A DNA stretch of 40,202 nucleotides, from NCBI GenBank assembly GCA_051453625.1, contig JBOZIK010000001.1:39058728-39098929 (forward strand), given 5' to 3'. Shown in pieces: positions 36,001-40,202 of this stretch. The stretch is from Welwitschia mirabilis. Taxonomy: Eukaryota. Position 1 is the stretch's first letter, and the number at the start of each line of letters is the position of its first letter. The notes beneath the pieces were generated by a model. That model did not search any database, had not been told where the DNA came from, and saw only the letters and a list, made by a program, of their open reading frames with translations. A program made the translations under genes and the position numbers.

Positions 36001-38204
36001 CCATCAAGCATAAATGTTTTTATCATTTTTATCTAAATGTAAATATAATCTAAAGGAAAATATAATTTGAATAAAAAATATAATCTAAAAGCAATAATAA
36101 AATTAAAATTTTAAAAGGGATTGTTCAAGGTGATGCATGGAAAGTGGCTTATGAGTGTAGAAATGAAGGTTGAATGATTCAAAACTTTATGAAGCATTTT
36201 AAATTAGGAGAGATTCCATGTAAATTTTCATGCATGATTCCATCAAATCATGAATAACTTTAACAAAAATAGTATAATTTATGTGTTCAAATTCAGAAAT
36301 AGTTCATCCTTTAGCTTGTTTATCTTTATTCAATAATTCATGCAAGACATCATTTCGACATTGAAGATAAAGATGAGTTGGACATTACTTAATAGGGCAA
36401 ATGTTCATCAACAAAATTATTATAAAATGGTTTTAATGATAGAGAAGGTTTATCTCTTTCATTAAGATTTGGATCTTTCTTAGAAGATAAAGATAAAAAT
36501 GAAATGATTGGATCTAGAGGTTGTTGAGAAAAAAGTTCTTCATACGATGGATTATGTATGAACTCTTTGCTAATGTTCTTTTCTTCAATAAGTTTGGTAT
36601 GGTATTCTTCCTCATATTGTTACACAAGTAACAATGACTATAATTCAATGTTATCCTCATTAATGTCACTTAATAACTCATCCTTTTTTGTGTAAAGAGT
36701 TTAGCCTTCTTTAAATGGTTACTCATATTCTAATGATTGTTGATCTTATGACATGTTTAATCCTCTATAAAAATATAACTTTTTTGTAAATAATAAATCA
36801 TTATTTAGTGAATTCTTAAACTTGAGATCCTCATGGATTTTATTAATATTTTCTTCCTCATTCTTAAAGGATAGAACGTGTGTACCATTGATTTCACTAA
36901 TCTTAATCTTTTTAAATTTTTTAAGCCTCTTGTGTTCATGGAATGTAGGAAGGTTTTTCTCTTCTTATTAACTAGGTTCAATTTGATTATCAGGTTTACT
37001 ATTATTTAAAGAAAAGAGAATTTGTTAAATAATTTTAATATTGGTTTGGACAATTTGTTTAAGATTTTATATCATTTATTATGAGGTTCTATGATTTCTT
37101 CAATGTTTTATTCCATAGAATGTAAAGATGATTGATGCAAAGGCATGTTAGAATAGNNNNNNNNNNNNNNNNNNNNNNNNNNNNNNNNNNNNNNNNNNNN
37201 NNNNNNNNNNNNNNNNNNNNNNNNNNNNNNNNNNNNNNNNNNNNNNNNNNNNNNNNNNNNNNNNNNNNNNNNNNNNNNNNNNNNNNNNNNNNNNNNNNNN
37301 NNNNNNNNNNNNNNNNNNNNNNNNNNNNNNNNNNNNNNNNNNNNNNNNNNNNNNNNNNNNNNNNNNNNNNNNNNNNNNNNNNNNNNNNNNNNNNNNNNNN
37401 NNNNNNNNNNNNNNNNNNNNNNNNNNNNNNNNNNNNNNNNNNNNNNNNNNNNNNNNNNNNNNNNNNNNNNNNNNNNNNNNNNNNNNNNNNNNNNNNNNNN
37501 NNNNNNNNNNNNNNNNNNNNNNNNNNNNNNNNNNNNNNNNNNNNNNNNNNNNNNNNNNNNNNNATTACTGAGTGATTAGTTATAAATTACTCAAGAAAGA
37601 GAAATACGACTTAGTTTATTTGAGACTCCATAGAGTTTCTTAATGATTCCTCCAACAGGGTAGATGAGGGAGGTTGTTATTAGTTGTATAAGTAAGGGTA
37701 AAAGAATGAATAAAATGGAAAAGAAGATGAATGATATTGATTAAAGAATAAAGGATTATAAGAGGTGATGAAAGGCATGAAATCAAACTCTTGTTATAGA
37801 AAATAAGGCTTTTCAGACTTGGGGTAAGGAGGCTGATTTGTATACAAATGGTGTTCTAATCTTTTAAAATATTCTCCAAAGATTTTCTTAGTTTTAAAAG
37901 AGTCTTAAAGTTTGAAATGGTATGAGTTTCATTAAAGGTAACCTCTTAAAGTTTCGTTGGGTTGAATGTAATCTTCTATAGTTTATTTAAGTTAAACATG
38001 ATTAAATGAGCTGTAGGGATTTTCATAGTTTTCATAGATGGATTATAGTTTAGATGGGACTTTTTAAATTCTACCAAATGGATCACATTCCCAACTCATG
38101 TTAAGTTCTAAAAAATGGTTTATGTAATTCATTAAAAGGTTATGTTTTTATAGTTTTTTGAGGTTTCAAAGGAGGCCTCATATCAGAAAGGTATCAAGAG
38201 GTTT
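33060..38204 (-). mobile_element. Athila-like element, copy A4 (LTR ~33060-34509, PPT, longer internal region with decayed ORF)
   Basis: Shares the LTR motif CTAGCCTT..ACTCCCAAGGGAG..CTTAGAAAG..ATG. The junction TGTTAACA|CCCTCTCAACTAG is at 34509. Internal blocks are homologous to A1-A3. Confidence 0.68.
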
Positions 38205-38886
38205 TGTCACGACTCAGTTTTTAGGTTGGATTTAAAGGCATTAATTTTTTTAAATTAATTTTATTACATGATAAAACATCAATTTACATGATAAGATTAG
38301 ACATTGCAACAGAATAATTAGGTTATGGCTGAGAGACTTACCTCTTAATTACTGATATGATCTATGTCAAGTGAACTATGTGATGATAGCTTACCTAACT
38401 AATACCATAATCAATCTTAAGGTTAATTAGAAATATTTATTAAGAGCACATAAAGTAAGTTTGTAGGTTGTGGTCGAGGGGTTGGTTTCACCAGTAGCTA
38501 AACAAACACACCTACATAATCCTCATCTAGATGAGTTCAGGCCACATGTAGTTCTATCTTGGACCTCATTATATAAAACAAATTAGTCTCCGCTAAAATA
38601 CATAAGTATAAGATAGAACAAATTAGTCTATATTAGTGGCATGTAATAATCCTAGACATGAAGGAATGCAATGAATAATGAGATAACTCAATATTCAAAT
38701 TAACATCAATAAATATCACATACAAATATATGTACATATGCGTAACGGTGATATATAAAAGTATAGGAGGTAGCTGAGCAAGAATTCTCAAGGTTATAAC
38801 ATCTAGTCCTATTTAGGAATTCTAATGTACAAATTATGATAATACACATGCATATTAATATAAATCAAATATATGGGTACCTAAAT

Positions 38887-38961
<75 letters not shown>

Positions 38962-40202
38962 NNNNNNNNNNNNNNNNNNNNNNNNNNNNNNNNNNNNNNN
39001 NNNNNNNNNNNNNNNNNNNNNNNNNNNNNNNNNNNNNNNNNNNNNNNNNNNNNNNNNNNNNNNNNNNNNNNNNNNNNNNNNNNNNNNNNNNNNNNNNNNN
39101 NNNNNNNNNNNNNNNNNNNNNNNNNNNNNNNNNNNNNNNNNNNNNNNNNNNNNNNNNNNNNNNNNNNNNNNNNNNNNNNNNNNNNNNNNNNNNNNNNNNN
39201 NNNNNNNNNNNNNNNNNNNNNNNNNNNNNNNNNNNNNNNNNNNNNNNNNNNNNNNNNNNNNNNNNNNNNNNNNNNNNNNNNNNNNNNNNNNNNNNNNNNN
39301 NNNNNNNNNNNNNNNNNNNNNNNNNNNNNNNNNNNNNNNNNNNNNNNNNNNNNNNNNNNNNNNNNNNNNNNNNNNNNNNNNNNNNNNNNNNNNNNNNNNN
39401 NNNNNNNNNNNNNNNNNNNNNNNNNNNNNNNNNNNNNNNNNNNNNNNNNNNNNNNNNNNNNNNNNNNNNNNNNNNNNNNNNNNNNNNNNNNNNNNNNNNN
39501 NNNNNNNNNNNNNNNNNNNNNNNNNNNNNNNNNNNNNNNNNNNNNNNNNNNNNNNNNNNNNNNNNNNNNNNNNNNNNNNNNNNNNNNNNNNNNNNNNNNN
39601 NNNNNTTTTCATCACCAAGTATAAGAGACCCCTCATATCTTACTATAACATCCTGGTGGGAGCTAATGGTAGGGAAGTATCATAATAGAATGTCATCATA
39701 GTAAACTCATGCCAAAATATGATAACACACACACATGCATACACACAGATGTACACGTTATTTTAGTAGGGTCCCTCTTAGTTGATCCTTTAATAATGTA
39801 ACATAATTAACCTAATAATATATAAATATAAAATGCTAAGGTGAATAGCCCATATNNNNNNNNNNNNNNNNNNNNNNNNNNNNNNNNNNNNNNNNNNNNN
39901 NNNNNNNNNNNNNNNNNNNNNNNNNNNNNNNNNNNNNNNNNNNNNNNNNNNNNNNCCTAATAATATATAAATATAAAATGCTAAGGTGAATAGCCCATAT
40001 GCAACTGATTAAGTAGGTATTTAGCTAGCTATCTTTACTCTTTAACTTCTATCGTATTAAGTCCTATTAAGACTAGTAACTTATTTTTTAATGAGCATCA
40101 TAGAAAAGTAATAATTTTATATCCATTTGTGGTGAAGATAACAAATAACTACTTGAAACATTCAATTCATATGCCTAAACATGTAAGAAAATACATTTAA
40201 CA
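38205..40202. mobile_element. Possible further LTR (TGTCACGAC start) interrupting copy A4
   Basis: The sequence character changes abruptly at TGTCACGACTC, a common gypsy LTR terminus. The other end is not in the window. Confidence 0.35.
38889..38961. repeat. (GT)n microsatellite, at least 36 units, running into an N gap
   Basis: Directly visible. It explains the spurious CVCV/HTHT ORFs. Confidence 0.95.

Noticed and set aside
38188-38200. GGTATCAAGAG as a tRNA-iMet primer-binding site
   Set aside because: The match is imperfect, it is not preceded by an LTR CA end, and its orientation is wrong relative to the adjacent TGTCAC terminus.
1917-39701. Long ORFs made of X, or of CV/HT repeats
   Set aside because: They are read-through of N gaps and the (GT)n microsatellite.

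Overview
This is a eukaryotic (land-plant) scaffold window: very AT-rich, with many N gaps. It holds one intact gene, a four-exon class III secretory haem peroxidase on the minus strand (27091-28335, 326 aa after splicing), inside a short CpG-containing island. Almost everything else is heavily C>T/G>A-decayed transposon debris. (1) 1-513 carries a pseudogenised, intron-containing 5' fragment of a VPS13 (chorein-N) gene, just inside a CACTA element end at 1443, so it is a candidate Pack-CACTA gene capture. (2) ~2522-7300 is a dead Athila-type Ty3/gypsy gag-PR-RT-RNaseH-INT. (3) There are four co-oriented copies of a pol-less Athila-like LTR element, two of them alternating with three copies of a Ty1/copia gag-only unit. 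(4) A small LTR insertion at 11377-12076 has a perfect 5-bp target-site duplication (TSD). I found no prokaryotic-type system (CRISPR, operon, defence island). All homology calls come from manual translation and recalled family motifs, not database searches, and repeat boundaries are approximate.
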